Counted from the first letter of the stretch, positions 43,757 through 54,985 are shown. The stretch: 64,000 nucleotides of DNA from Geopsychrobacteraceae bacterium (GCA_963676795.2 CAXXTB010000001.1:448001-512000); one strand, 5' to 3'. Numbers and translations: made by a program. The notes: generated from the letters alone by a model not told the origin.

Positions 43757-44910
43757 AAGATCTCCAGCAGGGCGTGCTCAAGTTGTTGGTAATCCTCCTC
43801 ATCCATGTCGGCGCGCAGAGCGATACGCAATCGGGCCGTCCCTTTGGGGACCGTCGGCGGGCGGATAGCGCCGACATAGATTCCGTGCTCTTTGAGCAGG
43901 TGCTGGACCTGCATGGTTTTCTCGTTATCGCCGATGAACACCGGAATGATCGGCGAAGCTGACTTTAGGGTGTCGATGCCCCGGATTGACAGGGTTAGGC
44001 GCAGCTGCTCGGCCCTGCTGTTGAGTTCCTTGCCGATATCCGGTCTGTCGAGCAAGAGGCGAAGCGCAGCCAGGTTGGCGGCCAGGGTCGCCGGAGGCAG
44101 ACCGGTGGTGTAGATCAGTGAACGGCCGCAGTTGACCAGGTAGTCGATCAGCTGCCGGGATGCCGCAACATAGCCGCCGAACGAACCGAGGGCCTTGCTG
44201 AAGGTGCCCATCTGCACGTCGATCTCTTGTTCAAGACCAAGTTCATGGGCCAGGCCGCGCCCCTGGCCGAAGATGCCGGTCGCGTGGGCTTCGTCGATCA
44301 TCAGCAGCGCCCGGTGCTCTTTCTTCAGGCGAACCAGTGTGGCGAGATCGGCCAGATCGCCGTCCATGCTGAAGACACTGTCGCTGACGATCAGTTTGTG
44401 TGGATGAGCTGTGTGTTGCTCCAACAGCTTCTCAAGATGATACATATCGTTGTGCCGATAGCGGATCTGCCTGGCCCCCGAAAGAGCGATACCATCGATG
44501 ATGCTGGCGTGATTGAGGCGATCGGAAAAGACCAGGGTGTGGCGGTCAGCCAGACTCGAGAGCAGACAGAGATTGGCCGTATAGCCGCTGTTCAGGATCA
44601 GCGCCGCTTCAGTTCCTTTATATTCGGCCAGTTCCTCTTCGAGCCGGGTGTAGAGCGGTCCGTTGCCGGTGACCAAACGCGATGCGCCACTCGAACTGCC
44701 GTAGACCTGTAATGCCTCGGCGGCGGCCCGGGCCAGGACAGACGAGATACTGAAGCCCAGGTAATCGTTGGATGCCAGGTTGAGCAGGGTTGTGCCATCC
44801 ACCTGAATGTACCTGCTGCGATCCTGGCTGATCCGGGGGAGAGTGCGCAAACGCTGGTCGGCGCGGATGTCGTTCAGCTGTTTGTCGATGCGGGTCAGGA
44901 TCGGGTTCAT
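43747..44910 (-). CDS. bioF: 8-amino-7-oxononanoate synthase
   Basis: ASNDYLG, SGYTAN, HASIIDG, DEAHA, TFSKALG, IRPPTVP. Confidence 0.95.
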   Translation of the reverse strand: MNPILTRIDKQLNDIRADQRLRTLPRISQDRSRYIQVDGTTLLNLASNDYLGFSISSVLARAAAEALQVYGSSSGASRLVTGNGPLYTRLEEELAEYKGTEAALILNSGYTANLCLLSSLADRHTLVFSDRLNHASIIDGIALSGARQIRYRHNDMYHLEKLLEQHTAHPHKLIVSDSVFSMDGDLADLATLVRLKKEHRALLMIDEAHATGIFGQGRGLAHELGLEQEIDVQMGTFSKALGSFGGYVAASRQLIDYLVNCGRSLIYTTGLPPATLAANLAALRLLLDRPDIGKELNSRAEQLRLTLSIRGIDTLKSASPIIPVFIGDNEKTMQVQHLLKEHGIYVGAIRPPTVPKGTARLRIALRADMDEEDYQQLEHALLEILCG

Positions 44911-45551
44911 GCTATGACTCCGGGTAGGCAGGTCCGGCTGCAGCGTGACAGGGCTGCGCTGGACATATCATCCAGCCAGGGAACTTCGGCCAGAACCGGG
45001 ATCTGGCCAAACTGTTCTATCGCTTTGCGGTTTTCCGGGTTAAAGGGCCCGCTCATGACGACGCCGCAGATTTGGATACCGGCCTGGCGCAGAGCTGCGA
45101 CGCTGAGCAGGGTATGGTTGATGGTTCCCAGGCCGCTGCGGGCGACCAGCAGTACCGGCAGTTCAAGGATGCGGATCAGGTCGAGCATGGTCGCCTTCCG
45201 GTTGAGCGGAACATAGAGGCCTCCGGCACCTTCGACCAGCAGGGGTCCAGTCAGCGTTGCCATCTGGCGGCGGATTGCATCGATCTCAATTTCAATACCC
45301 TCGATGCGAGCCGAAAGGTGGGGAGAACAGGGGGTGCCGGTCATATAACAGGGGGGTGCAAAGCGTTCCTCGGGCAGGGCGGAAAGACGTTTGACCTGCG
45401 CCGTGTCGGTTTCCTCCTGACTGCCGCTCTGTACCGGCTTCCAATAGCGATACTGGCCGCGCAGCATCAGCAGGGTCGAGATCAGGGTCTTGCCAACATC
45501 GGTGTCGGTCCCGGTGACAAACAGGCGTTGTGGAAACTTGGCTGTATTCAC
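44907..45551 (-). CDS. bioD: Dethiobiotin synthetase
   Basis: VTGTDTDVGKT, KPVQSG, VEGAGG, LGTINHT. Confidence 0.95.
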   Translation of the reverse strand: MNTAKFPQRLFVTGTDTDVGKTLISTLLMLRGQYRYWKPVQSGSQEETDTAQVKRLSALPEERFAPPCYMTGTPCSPHLSARIEGIEIEIDAIRRQMATLTGPLLVEGAGGLYVPLNRKATMLDLIRILELPVLLVARSGLGTINHTLLSVAALRQAGIQICGVVMSGPFNPENRKAIEQFGQIPVLAEVPWLDDMSSAALSRCSRTCLPGVIA

Positions 45552-46838
45552 TTAAGACACCTCTTCGGCCACGGTGGCAACCATGGCAGTGGTCAATTCA
45601 GTCAGCTGCTGATCGTTGATAATGAAGGGAGGCATGGCGTAGACCAGTTTGCCAAAAGGGCGAATCCAGACGCCGCGTTCGACAAAGCGCTGCTGGATGG
45701 CCGCCATATTGACAGCTTTGTCCAGTTCAATGACACCGATCGCTCCCAGGCAACGGACATCCCTGACCCCTTGAATCTGGCGCGCCGGAGCAAGTCCTTG
45801 ACGCAGAGCCTTTTCGATGCGCTTGACCTGCCTCTGCCAGTCGTTTTCGATAAGCAGGTCGATACTGGCGCAGGCGACGGCGCAGGCAAGCGGATTGGCC
45901 ATGAAGGTCGGCCCGTGCATCAGGACGCCGGGGCCCAGTTTCCTGTTCGAGGTGGCTTCGGCGACAGCGCGACTGGTCAGGGTTGCCGCCAGGGTCATAT
46001 AGCCGCCGGTCAGGGCTTTGCCGACGCACATGATATCGGGACAGATGGCCGCATGCTCAACGGCAAACAACCTGCCACTGCGGCCGAAACCGGTGGCGAT
46101 CTCATCACAGATCAGCAATACCTGGTGGCGATCGCAGAGCCTACGCAGCTCCCTGAGGTATGCGGGGTGGTAAAAGCGCATGCCGCCGGCACCCTGGACG
46201 ATCGGTTCGATGATCAGTGCCGCGATAGCTGAGCCATGTCGATCGAGCAGTTTTGCCAGCTCTGCTGTGTCCGCAGGGTTGTATTCAGCATCGAAGGCAC
46301 ATTGCGGGGCCGGAGCAAATAGCTGGCTGGACAGCATAGCGGAAAAATGCTGATGCATGCCGGTCTGTGGGTCACAGACCGACATAGCTCCGAAGGTATC
46401 GCCATGATAACCGTTGCGGGCGGTGAGGAATCTTGTTTTGGCAGGTCGGCCCATGCCGATCTGGGCCTGAATCGCCATTTTCATGGCAACTTCCACTGCC
46501 ACCGATCCTGAATCGGCGAAGAAACAGCATTCAAGCCCTGCCGGGGTCAGTTCGACCAGGCGGCGACCAAGTTCGATAGCGGGCTTATGGGTGATACCAC
46601 CAAACATGACATGTGACATTCTTCCCAACTGAGAGCTGGCGGCCTGGTTCAGAACCGGGTGGTTGTAGCCGTGGACAGCGGCCCACCAGGAAGACATGCC
46701 ATCGATAAGCTGGCGGCCATCGTCCAGATGAAGCAGACACCCTTCGGCCTTATCCACCGGGTAAACCGGCAGCGGTTCACTCATGGACGTATAAGGATGC
46801 CAGAGATGCTGTCTGTCGAATTCAAAATCTGAAGTCAT
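45552..46838 (-). CDS. bioA: DAPA aminotransferase
   Basis: [45 protein letters not shown]. Confidence 0.96.
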   Translation of the reverse strand: MTSDFEFDRQHLWHPYTSMSEPLPVYPVDKAEGCLLHLDDGRQLIDGMSSWWAAVHGYNHPVLNQAASSQLGRMSHVMFGGITHKPAIELGRRLVELTPAGLECCFFADSGSVAVEVAMKMAIQAQIGMGRPAKTRFLTARNGYHGDTFGAMSVCDPQTGMHQHFSAMLSSQLFAPAPQCAFDAEYNPADTAELAKLLDRHGSAIAALIIEPIVQGAGGMRFYHPAYLRELRRLCDRHQVLLICDEIATGFGRSGRLFAVEHAAICPDIMCVGKALTGGYMTLAATLTSRAVAEATSNRKLGPGVLMHGPTFMANPLACAVACASIDLLIENDWQRQVKRIEKALRQGLAPARQIQGVRDVRCLGAIGVIELDKAVNMAAIQQRFVERGVWIRPFGKLVYAMPPFIINDQQLTELTTAMVATVAEEVS

Positions 46839-46899
46839 TGGCTACTTGTCTTGTTGGTTTGGTTGACAATGCGTCAAGGATGGCATGGTAAACTTTTTG

Positions 46900-46929
46900 T
46901 GTCAACCCGGTTTACTATGGAGGTTGACA
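46900..46929. promoter_or_regulatory. BirA operator
   Basis: Perfect TGTCAACC-N14-GGTTGACA between divergent bioA and bioB. Confidence 0.88.
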
Positions 46930-46978
46930 ATCGGTTCTGCCCGGTTTACCTTTGCTTCCAAGTTGGCAAAGGAGGCAG

Positions 46979-47953
46979 ATGTTGAATGCAGCGCAACAGT
47001 TTGTAGATAAGGTCAATCAGGGAACTGGTCTAGACAGCAGCGAAGCGCTGCAGATCCTCACCGCCAAAGGCGCAGCCCTGACCGCCTTTATGGCCGGAGC
47101 CCAGCAGCTCAAGGAAACCTATTGCAGTGACCGGGCTGAACTCTGTTCGATCATCAACGCCAAGTCTGGTCTGTGCCCGGAAAACTGCAGCTTCTGTGCC
47201 CAGTCGGCATATCACCGGACCAGCGCCCAGGTCTATCCGCTGAAAACCGCCGAGCAGATGGTTGAGGCCGCCGGCGAGGCGGAACAGATGGGGAGCGGCT
47301 GCTTCGGGATTGTGACCAGCGGTACCCGGGTTGAGCCGGGCGAGGAATTTGATGAATTGCTCAAAGCGATTCGCCGGATTCGTGCCGAGCTCAAGGTCAG
47401 CCCATCCGTATCGATCGGCCTGCTCGATGAAAGTGCAGCCAAGGCTCTGGTTGAGGCCGGTTGCGTCACCTGTCATCACAACCTGGAAACGGCCCGTTCC
47501 TTCTTTCCGCAGATCTGCACGACGCATGACTACGAAGACGATGTCGCCACGATTCGCATCGCCAAGGCAGCCGGTATGAAGGTCTGCAGCGGTGGGATCT
47601 TCGGTCTTGGAGAAGCGCTGGAGCAGCGCATCGAAATGGGACTGACCCTGCGCGAGCTGGGTGTCGATGCGGTACCGCTGAATTTTCTCTCGCCGATAGC
47701 AGGGACGCCGCTTGAGGGGAACAGTGAGCTGACCCCGCTCGACTGCCTGCGGATTATCTGTCTTTACCGCTACCTGCTGCCGAACAAGAAGATTACCGTC
47801 TGTGGCGGGCGGGAACACAACCTGCGTGAATTTCAGTCGGCAGTCTTCATGGCCGGTGCCAGCGGTATGATGATCGGTAACTATCTGACCAAAGCCGGGC
47901 GGAGCCTGGCGCTGGATCAGCAGCTGCTGAAAGATGCGGAAATTTGCATGTAA
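46979..47953 (+). CDS. bioB: Biotin synthase
   Basis: NAKSGLCPENCSFCAQS, HNLET, VCSGGIFGLGE, GGRE, GNYLT. Confidence 0.96.
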   Translation: MLNAAQQFVDKVNQGTGLDSSEALQILTAKGAALTAFMAGAQQLKETYCSDRAELCSIINAKSGLCPENCSFCAQSAYHRTSAQVYPLKTAEQMVEAAGEAEQMGSGCFGIVTSGTRVEPGEEFDELLKAIRRIRAELKVSPSVSIGLLDESAAKALVEAGCVTCHHNLETARSFFPQICTTHDYEDDVATIRIAKAAGMKVCSGGIFGLGEALEQRIEMGLTLRELGVDAVPLNFLSPIAGTPLEGNSELTPLDCLRIICLYRYLLPNKKITVCGGREHNLREFQSAVFMAGASGMMIGNYLTKAGRSLALDQQLLKDAEICM

Positions 47954-48126
47954 ATCGCTGGCCTTGATCGACAGACCGATATTTGTAGGTTAAAATTGAA
48001 CTGTTTCCGGTTGTGGTTGTTTCGCGCAACTTGTGTTTATTTGTTTTGTGCTGTCTTAGGGGGGGAGATCGTAACCGATTGACCTCTTTTTTATTGCAGG
48101 GTGTCGATCCAGTCAGGGAAGCCTAT

Positions 48127-50943
48127 ATGCCAGGAGAGCGGCCGACAAGTCTTGCTAAAAGCTATCTGAGACGGAGTCTTTCCGGTATTCTGGTGTCGAT
48201 CCTCTGTATCGGCAGTTTCTGGGTTATCAGCAGCTACCGCCACATCGATTCCTCGCGAGAGATTCTGAAAAGCCAAGCCGTTGAAGAGCAGATGCAGCGT
48301 CAGAAGGAGCGCGTCGATTTTGCCCTGAATCTCATTATCAACGAACAGCAGCAGTTTAACGACAATCTGACAGAAGACCTGCGGGCCCGCACCCTCGAGG
48401 CTCATCAGTTGATCGAAAATATCTATAATGAGACAAAGAATGATTATCCCCGAGAAGAGATCGTTGATCTGATCAAGACTGCGCTTCGCGGTATCCGCTT
48501 CAATGACGGCCGGGGCTACTATTTCGCGACGAGCCTTGATGGTTATCTGCAGATCTACCCTCCCGATCCCGAGCGTGAAGGAACCTCTCTGGCCGATCAG
48601 GTCAACAGCGGAGGGCAGTTCGTTACCCGTGAGATTATCGAGCTCATACGCAGGCAGGGCGAGGGGTTGTACCGCTATTCCTGGCCCAAGCCGGGGATTC
48701 CCGGAAGGGAATTTGAAAAGGTCTCCTACGTCAAATACTTTGCTCCCCTTGACTGGTATATCGGTACCGGGGAGTATCTGGAGGATGTGACTGCTGTACT
48801 GCAGAAGCGGGTTGTCGAACAGATCGAAACGATCCGTTTTGCCGATGGCGGCTATTTTTTCATGGCAACCTTTGATGGTGTGGCCCTCACCTATCCAGCT
48901 AAAGGGCGCAATATGTACGAGGTTGTTGATGAGAACGGCGTCAAAATCGTTCAGGAGCTCATTGGCGTGGCCAGGTCCGGTGGAGGGTATGTGCAGTATA
49001 CGATGCCGCCGCTGGAAAACGAACAGTCACAGCCCAAGATCAGTTATGCCTCTGCCGTGCCGCAGTGGAACTGGTACATCGGAACCGGAGATGCTGTTGC
49101 GGATCTTAATGACGAAGTCGCCCAGCTGCTCAGTCAGCGTAAAAGTGAACTGCTCGGCAAAATCGTTCTGATCATCTGCTTCCTCGCTGTTCTGCTCCTG
49201 CTCTGGATATATTTCACTCATCGTCTGAGCCAGAACCTGTCCGCAGAACTGGCGAAGTTGCAGTCTTATTTCGATCGCTCTGCGAGGGAAGCTGTGGCTC
49301 TCGATCCTGCCGAGCAGAAATTTGTAGAATTGAGACAACTGGCTGAATCGGCCAGCCATATGCTTGCCGAACGGCAGAAAGTGGAAACGATCCTGGCGGC
49401 TCAGGAGAACCGTTTCCGGACCCTGTTTGAACATGTCCCAGACTATGCCCTGGTGCTGCGCAGGGATGGTGACGTAGCCATTATCGATGATCTGAGTGAA
49501 GCAGCATGCACGATTCACGGCTATAAGAAGGAGGAGCTGATCGGCAAGCCGATCAGCTTCCTTGATCCTGAACATAACGATTCGGCGATATCCGCAGTCC
49601 GTTTCAATTCTCTGCGGACGGGGATGACGGCCCGCTTCAAGGCGACGCACCGGCGCAAGGACGGATCAACCTTTCCGATCGAGGCCCTGTTACGCAAAAT
49701 CAGCATCGACGGCCAGGAATATTACCTTGCGGTCGAGCGAGATCTAAGTGAGATCAAGGCCTTTGAAGATCATCAGCGCGAGTTGGAGCTGCAGTTGCAG
49801 CAGAAGTTCAAGATGGAGGCGGTCGGTATGATCGCAGGCGGTATTGCCCATAACTTCAACAACAACCTGGCGATCATCCTCGGCAACCTGGAGATGTCAC
49901 GGCTCAGAATCAACGATCCCGCCGCTCTTGACCCGCTGCTGGAAAACGCGCAGATCGCAACCCTGCGTTCTCGTGATCTGGTCAACCAGATCCTCTGCTA
50001 CAGCCGCAAGGGGGGTGAAGCGAAGCGCCAGGTCAGTTCAATTGCGGTGATCGTCGATGAGACAGTCAGATTGCTCAGCTCGACTTGTCCGGCGACTGTT
50101 CAGATGCACTATCTGCCTCCGGACAATGCTGCTGATCTGAATATCGAGGCTGACGCCAGCCAGATCCAGGAAATATTGATCAACCTGTTTGCCAATGCCG
50201 TCCATGCCATGGATGAGGTTGGTGAGATCACTATCGGTCTGCAATGCGTGAACCTGGCAGCGCGAGACCTGAGTGGACTCAAACAGCACAGACCTGGCCG
50301 TTACGCCAGGCTGAGCGTCCGCGATAATGGCTGCGGCATGTCTCCGGAGATTCAGGAGAAGATCTTTGACCCCTTCTTTACCACCAAGGAGGAGGACAAG
50401 GGGACAGGAATGGGGTTGGCCACTGTACAGGGGATTGTCACCCGCCACAACGGCTTCATCCGGGTGGACAGTATCCCTGGTGAGGGGACGGAATTTCAGT
50501 TGTTTTTCCCAATTGTGGCAGGGGCTGAGCAGGATGCTGGACAGAGCGATGCTGAATTTTTCCAGGGGGATGAAAGAGTCCTGCTGGTCGATGATAACGA
50601 GACCCTGCTGGAGATCGGTCAAGAGATGCTGAAGGAGCTCGGTTACCAGGTGGATACCGCTGCTAGTGGTGCCGAAGCTATGGAGATGTTGACCCTCTTT
50701 CCCGAGCGTTACGATCTGGTCATCACCGATCAGACCATGGCGGGGATGACCGGCCTTGAACTGGCCAAGCAGATTCAGGAGTCGGGATGGAAGCTGCCGG
50801 TGATCCTCTGTTCCGGTTACAGCTCAAAAGTCGCAGATGGCACCGAGGGGCTGGCCAACATCGCCTGCTTCTGCCAGAAACCGTTCCGCCTTTCCGAGCT
50901 TGCCCAGATCATCAGAGCGACCCTGAAGCAAGATCAGGAGTGA
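48127..50943 (+). CDS. Hybrid sensor kinase (2x Cache, PAS, HisKA, HATPase, REC)
   Basis: Two Cache repeats (GYYF...W..GTG), PAS RRKDGSTFP, AHNFNN, FDPFFTTK, GTGMGL, LLVDD...TDQTM. Confidence 0.9.
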   Translation: MPGERPTSLAKSYLRRSLSGILVSILCIGSFWVISSYRHIDSSREILKSQAVEEQMQRQKERVDFALNLIINEQQQFNDNLTEDLRARTLEAHQLIENIYNETKNDYPREEIVDLIKTALRGIRFNDGRGYYFATSLDGYLQIYPPDPEREGTSLADQVNSGGQFVTREIIELIRRQGEGLYRYSWPKPGIPGREFEKVSYVKYFAPLDWYIGTGEYLEDVTAVLQKRVVEQIETIRFADGGYFFMATFDGVALTYPAKGRNMYEVVDENGVKIVQELIGVARSGGGYVQYTMPPLENEQSQPKISYASAVPQWNWYIGTGDAVADLNDEVAQLLSQRKSELLGKIVLIICFLAVLLLLWIYFTHRLSQNLSAELAKLQSYFDRSAREAVALDPAEQKFVELRQLAESASHMLAERQKVETILAAQENRFRTLFEHVPDYALVLRRDGDVAIIDDLSEAACTIHGYKKEELIGKPISFLDPEHNDSAISAVRFNSLRTGMTARFKATHRRKDGSTFPIEALLRKISIDGQEYYLAVERDLSEIKAFEDHQRELELQLQQKFKMEAVGMIAGGIAHNFNNNLAIILGNLEMSRLRINDPAALDPLLENAQIATLRSRDLVNQILCYSRKGGEAKRQVSSIAVIVDETVRLLSSTCPATVQMHYLPPDNAADLNIEADASQIQEILINLFANAVHAMDEVGEITIGLQCVNLAARDLSGLKQHRPGRYARLSVRDNGCGMSPEIQEKIFDPFFTTKEEDKGTGMGLATVQGIVTRHNGFIRVDSIPGEGTEFQLFFPIVAGAEQDAGQSDAEFFQGDERVLLVDDNETLLEIGQEMLKELGYQVDTAASGAEAMEMLTLFPERYDLVITDQTMAGMTGLELAKQIQESGWKLPVILCSGYSSKVADGTEGLANIACFCQKPFRLSELAQIIRATLKQDQE

Positions 50944-51116
50944 CCTCAGTCCGGAACTTCGTTAAACTGAAGCTGTCATGACGCCGTACCGGCAGGTATT
51001 TTTGTTGCTAGTCCGCAGCTTTCCCCAGAGACACATCAACAAAAATATCCTCAGCGCAGCGGTCGTCAGGTATACATTTGTACTCCATTCTTATTCCGTG
51101 CAGGAGACCTGTTCCG

Positions 51117-52109
51117 ATGAAAAAACGTCTGATCACCATCATCATCCTGCTCATCATCGGTGTCGGAATCACTCTTTTTCTCCACCAAAACGGGGCTGAG
51201 CAACCTGCCCGGAGACTGACCTATTACGGGAACGTTGAAATTCGCGATGCCAGGCTGGCTTTTGATGAACAGGGGTTGATCGACGCGGTTCTGGTAGAAG
51301 AAGGTGACCGGATCAAAGCCGGCCAGTTGCTGGCGCAACTCAAGGGGGACAAGTTCAAGGCGCTCTTAGATCAGGCGACTGCTCAGCTCAGGGTTCAGGA
51401 GCAGCTGCTGCAGGAACTGCGCAACGGCCCTCGTCAACAGGAGATCGGCCAGGCGACAGCCGAGGTCGAAGCCGCGCGGGTTGCTCTGGACAATGACCGG
51501 ACCAGCTTGCAGAGAATCACTGAAACGGCGGCGTTCGGAGCCAGCAGTCGTCAGGCCCTTGATGATGCCGAGGCTGCTGTCAAGGTTGGCGAAGCCCGGT
51601 TGCAGGTGAAGACCCAGGCTCTGGCCTTGCTCAAGGCCGGTACCCGCAGCGAAGAACTGGCCCGCGCCGAAGCGCAGCTGGAGGCCTACAGGGCCAATCA
51701 GACCTATCTTGAGCAGCGTCTGCAGGCGACAGAACTCCATGCGCCACAAGCCGGTGTCATTCAGAGCCGTCTGCTGGAAGCCGGGGAGATGGCCGGGCCC
51801 AGCCTGCCGGTGTTGAGTGTCGCCCTCGATGCGCCGAAATGGGTGCGAATCTATCTTCCGGAACCGGACTTGGGGTTGGTCAGGGCCGGCGCAAAGGCCG
51901 GCATTGTCTGCGACTCTTTTCCGTCACGCAGTTTCAGCGGCCATCTTGGATTCATCTCATCGGTTGCCGAATTCACCCCGAAGACAGTGGAAACTACCGA
52001 TCTGCGCACCAAGCTGGTCTATGAAGCGCGGGTGGTTGTCGATGAGGGGAGCGAGCTGCTTAAGCTCGGGATGCCGGTAACCGTCAGGCTCGAAGAACAG
52101 GGCGAGTAG
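51117..52109 (+). CDS. HlyD-family adaptor (YbhG-like)
   Basis: YGNVEIRD, G.R..EI repeats, FISSVAEFTPKTVET. Confidence 0.88.
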   Translation: MKKRLITIIILLIIGVGITLFLHQNGAEQPARRLTYYGNVEIRDARLAFDEQGLIDAVLVEEGDRIKAGQLLAQLKGDKFKALLDQATAQLRVQEQLLQELRNGPRQQEIGQATAEVEAARVALDNDRTSLQRITETAAFGASSRQALDDAEAAVKVGEARLQVKTQALALLKAGTRSEELARAEAQLEAYRANQTYLEQRLQATELHAPQAGVIQSRLLEAGEMAGPSLPVLSVALDAPKWVRIYLPEPDLGLVRAGAKAGIVCDSFPSRSFSGHLGFISSVAEFTPKTVETTDLRTKLVYEARVVVDEGSELLKLGMPVTVRLEEQGE

Positions 52110-52118
52110 GCTCGGACA

Positions 52119-53861
52119 GTGGTTGTGAATGACGCGGATAGCGTTCTTTGCTGTGAGAAGATCAGCAAAGAATTTGGCGTTGGCCAAGAGCGGAACATGG
52201 CGCTCCAGGAGCTGAGCTTTTCTTTGCAGCGTGGGGAAATCCTTGGCCTGGTCGGACCGGATGGAGCGGGCAAAACCACCTTGCTGAGGCTCATTGCCGG
52301 CCTGCTTCTGCCGACTTCCGGGTCGATTGAATTGCTGGGCAGGAAGCTGACCAGAGAGAATCTGGATCAGCAGCAGATCGGCTATATGCCTCAGCAGTTC
52401 GGCCTTTATCAGGATCTGACCGTTCAGGAAAACCTCAACTTTTACGCCGATTTGCAGAAACTCCCCTATCGGGAGCGCCACGACCGTTTTGCCCGGCTGC
52501 TGGAGATGACCGACCTTGCCCCCTTTACCGGGCGCAGGGCGGGGAAGCTGTCCGGTGGCATGAAGCAGAAGCTCGGCCTCGCCTGTTCGCTGATCAAATC
52601 TCCACCGCTGGTGCTGCTCGATGAGCCGACGGTCGGGGTCGATCCGGTTTCGCGTCGTGAACTGTGGCGGATTATCGATCAGCTGGTTGCCGAGGAGGGT
52701 GCCGCTGTCGTCGTATCGACCTCCTATCTCGACGAGGCCGAGCACTGTCAGCGGGTCCTGATGCTCCATCAGGGCGAGCTGCTTGCCTGTGGGCCGCCGT
52801 CTCGGTTCAGTGACGCGCTGAGCGGCAGGGTCTATCGCCTGACTCCGGAGGACGGGCAGGGGGCGCGGCATCTGCAGGGGGAGCTGCAGGGCCGCAGCGA
52901 GATTGTCGATATGACCATCCGTTCCGGGCAACTGCACCTGGTGCTTGATGAAGGGGTGGCTGCTGAGCAGCTTTTCTCCGGATTGGAGACGGTTCGTCGT
53001 GAAGAGCAGTGCCCAAATTTTGAAGATGCCTTCATGGCGATGATTCCGCGTAAGGACGAAGTGAGTGTTGTCGCTGGCAATGGTCAGGTGTCACAGTCAA
53101 AGGGGAGTCGAGATGATGTCATGGTACAGGCCCAGGATCTGATGAAGGTCTTTGGCGACTTTGTAGCGGTCAAAGGGATCAGCTTCGAGGTCAGACGGGG
53201 AGAAATCTTCGGTCTGCTCGGTCCCAATGGCGCCGGTAAGAGTACGACCTTCCGCATGCTTTGCGGACTCACTTCGGTCAGTGACGGTGAGGTTCGGGTT
53301 GACGGCCAGGACCTGCGCCGGGCCAGGGCCAGGGCGAGAGCCCACTTAGGCTACGTAGCGCAGATTTTTTCCATGTATCGTCAGCTGAGCGTTATTGATA
53401 ACCTGAAATTTTACGGCCAGGCCTACGGGCTCAGTGGCAGGCAGTTGCAGAGACGGCTTGACTGGGCGTTGGAGGAGTTCGATCTGGGGCGGCATCGCTT
53501 CCTGGCAGCAGGAGCCCTTCCCGGCGGTTACCGGCAGCGGCTGGCCATGGCGGTGGCTATGCTTCATGAGCCGGCCACCCTGTTCCTTGATGAGCCGACC
53601 TCGGGCGCAGATCCTCTGGCCCGTCGTGAATTCTGGCTGCGCATCAATGGTTTCGCCCGCCAGGGGGTGACCGTCATCGTCACCACTCATTTCATGGAAG
53701 AGGCTGAATTCTGCGACCGGATGCTGATCATGGCACATGGCAGTCAACTGGCCCAGGGGACGCCAGCTGAAATCCGCGCCCTGGCGAAAAGCGCGGAGAA
53801 TCCGACCCCGACCATCGAAGATGCCTTTGTCACATTGGCCCGTCATCAGGGGGGCGCATGA
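52119..53861 (+). CDS. Dual-domain ABC ATPase (YbhF-like)
   Basis: GPDGAGKTT, LSGGMKQK, GPNGAGKST, DEPTSG. Confidence 0.9.
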   Translation: MVVNDADSVLCCEKISKEFGVGQERNMALQELSFSLQRGEILGLVGPDGAGKTTLLRLIAGLLLPTSGSIELLGRKLTRENLDQQQIGYMPQQFGLYQDLTVQENLNFYADLQKLPYRERHDRFARLLEMTDLAPFTGRRAGKLSGGMKQKLGLACSLIKSPPLVLLDEPTVGVDPVSRRELWRIIDQLVAEEGAAVVVSTSYLDEAEHCQRVLMLHQGELLACGPPSRFSDALSGRVYRLTPEDGQGARHLQGELQGRSEIVDMTIRSGQLHLVLDEGVAAEQLFSGLETVRREEQCPNFEDAFMAMIPRKDEVSVVAGNGQVSQSKGSRDDVMVQAQDLMKVFGDFVAVKGISFEVRRGEIFGLLGPNGAGKSTTFRMLCGLTSVSDGEVRVDGQDLRRARARARAHLGYVAQIFSMYRQLSVIDNLKFYGQAYGLSGRQLQRRLDWALEEFDLGRHRFLAAGALPGGYRQRLAMAVAMLHEPATLFLDEPTSGADPLARREFWLRINGFARQGVTVIVTTHFMEEAEFCDRMLIMAHGSQLAQGTPAEIRALAKSAENPTPTIEDAFVTLARHQGGA

Positions 53862-54985
53862 CCGGCTTATCTCTGATGCGTCTGAAGGGGCTGTTGGTCA
53901 AGGAGACCCTGCAGATTATCCGTGACCCGAGCAGTATCCTGCTTGCCCTGGTGCTGCCGGTGACCCTGCTTTTTCTGTTCGGATACGGCGTATCACTTAA
54001 TCCGCTTAAGGTACCGATTGCCCTGGTTATCGATAACCATGATTCTCAGGCCAGGGACCTGCTGGCGCGCTTTGAACTGTCCCCCTATTTTGAGGTGCAG
54101 CAGGTCAACAGCACGACCAGCGCTGAAGGGCTGCTCGAGCGTGGCGAGGTGGAGGGATTTGTCCATTTGCAGGATGATTTTTCCAGGCGGCTGCAGCAAC
54201 AGGATCTGAATGTGCAGATTGTTGTCAACGGGATTGACGCCAACCGGGCCAGGTTGATCCAGAACTACGCAAACGGGGCGATCAATATCTGGCTTCAGCA
54301 ACTTGTGGCCCGCGGTGAACTGAGCATCAATCCCGGCGTAACGGTCGTTTCCCAGACCCGCTTCAATCGCAGCAACGAAAGTCGCTATTTTCTTGTTCCC
54401 GGGCTGATTGCCATGATCATGACCCTGACCGGGACCCTGCTGACGGCGCTGGTGATTGCCCGGGAATGGGAACGCGGCACCATGGAGGCAATCCTGGCGA
54501 CGCCGCTCAACCTGACGGAGCTGCTGCTGGCCAAATTGATTCCCTACTTTGTCCTCGGGATGCTCGGCATGCTGCTGGCGGTCGCTGGCGGCTGCCTGGT
54601 TTTTGCCGTACCGCTGCGCGGGTCACTGTTGCTGCTTGCCCTGTTCAGTGCGATTTTCCTGCTGGCAACCCTCGGATTTGGCCTGTTCGTCTCAGCCGCG
54701 ACCCGGATTCAGTTTGTCTCGGCGCAGATTGCCGTGCTGGCCGGATTTCTGCCCGCGGTCTTTCTGTCAGGACTGATCTTCGATCTGGAAAGTACCCCAC
54801 GCGTCATTCAGCTGGCCAGCCACCTGATTCCGGCACGCTACTTTATCGAGATCAGCCACACCCTGTTTCTGGCTGGCAATATCACTTCGATTCTCTGGCC
54901 AGCCGCCGCTGTATTGGTGTTTATGGCTATATTGCTGCTGTTTCTGGCCCATAGGAAGCTGAGTAAACAGTTGGAGTCACGATGA
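53858..54985 (+). CDS. ABC-2 permease (YbhS-like)
   Basis: KETLQIIRDPSS, AREWERGTME. Confidence 0.9.
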   Translation: MTGLSLMRLKGLLVKETLQIIRDPSSILLALVLPVTLLFLFGYGVSLNPLKVPIALVIDNHDSQARDLLARFELSPYFEVQQVNSTTSAEGLLERGEVEGFVHLQDDFSRRLQQQDLNVQIVVNGIDANRARLIQNYANGAINIWLQQLVARGELSINPGVTVVSQTRFNRSNESRYFLVPGLIAMIMTLTGTLLTALVIAREWERGTMEAILATPLNLTELLLAKLIPYFVLGMLGMLLAVAGGCLVFAVPLRGSLLLLALFSAIFLLATLGFGLFVSAATRIQFVSAQIAVLAGFLPAVFLSGLIFDLESTPRVIQLASHLIPARYFIEISHTLFLAGNITSILWPAAAVLVFMAILLLFLAHRKLSKQLESR

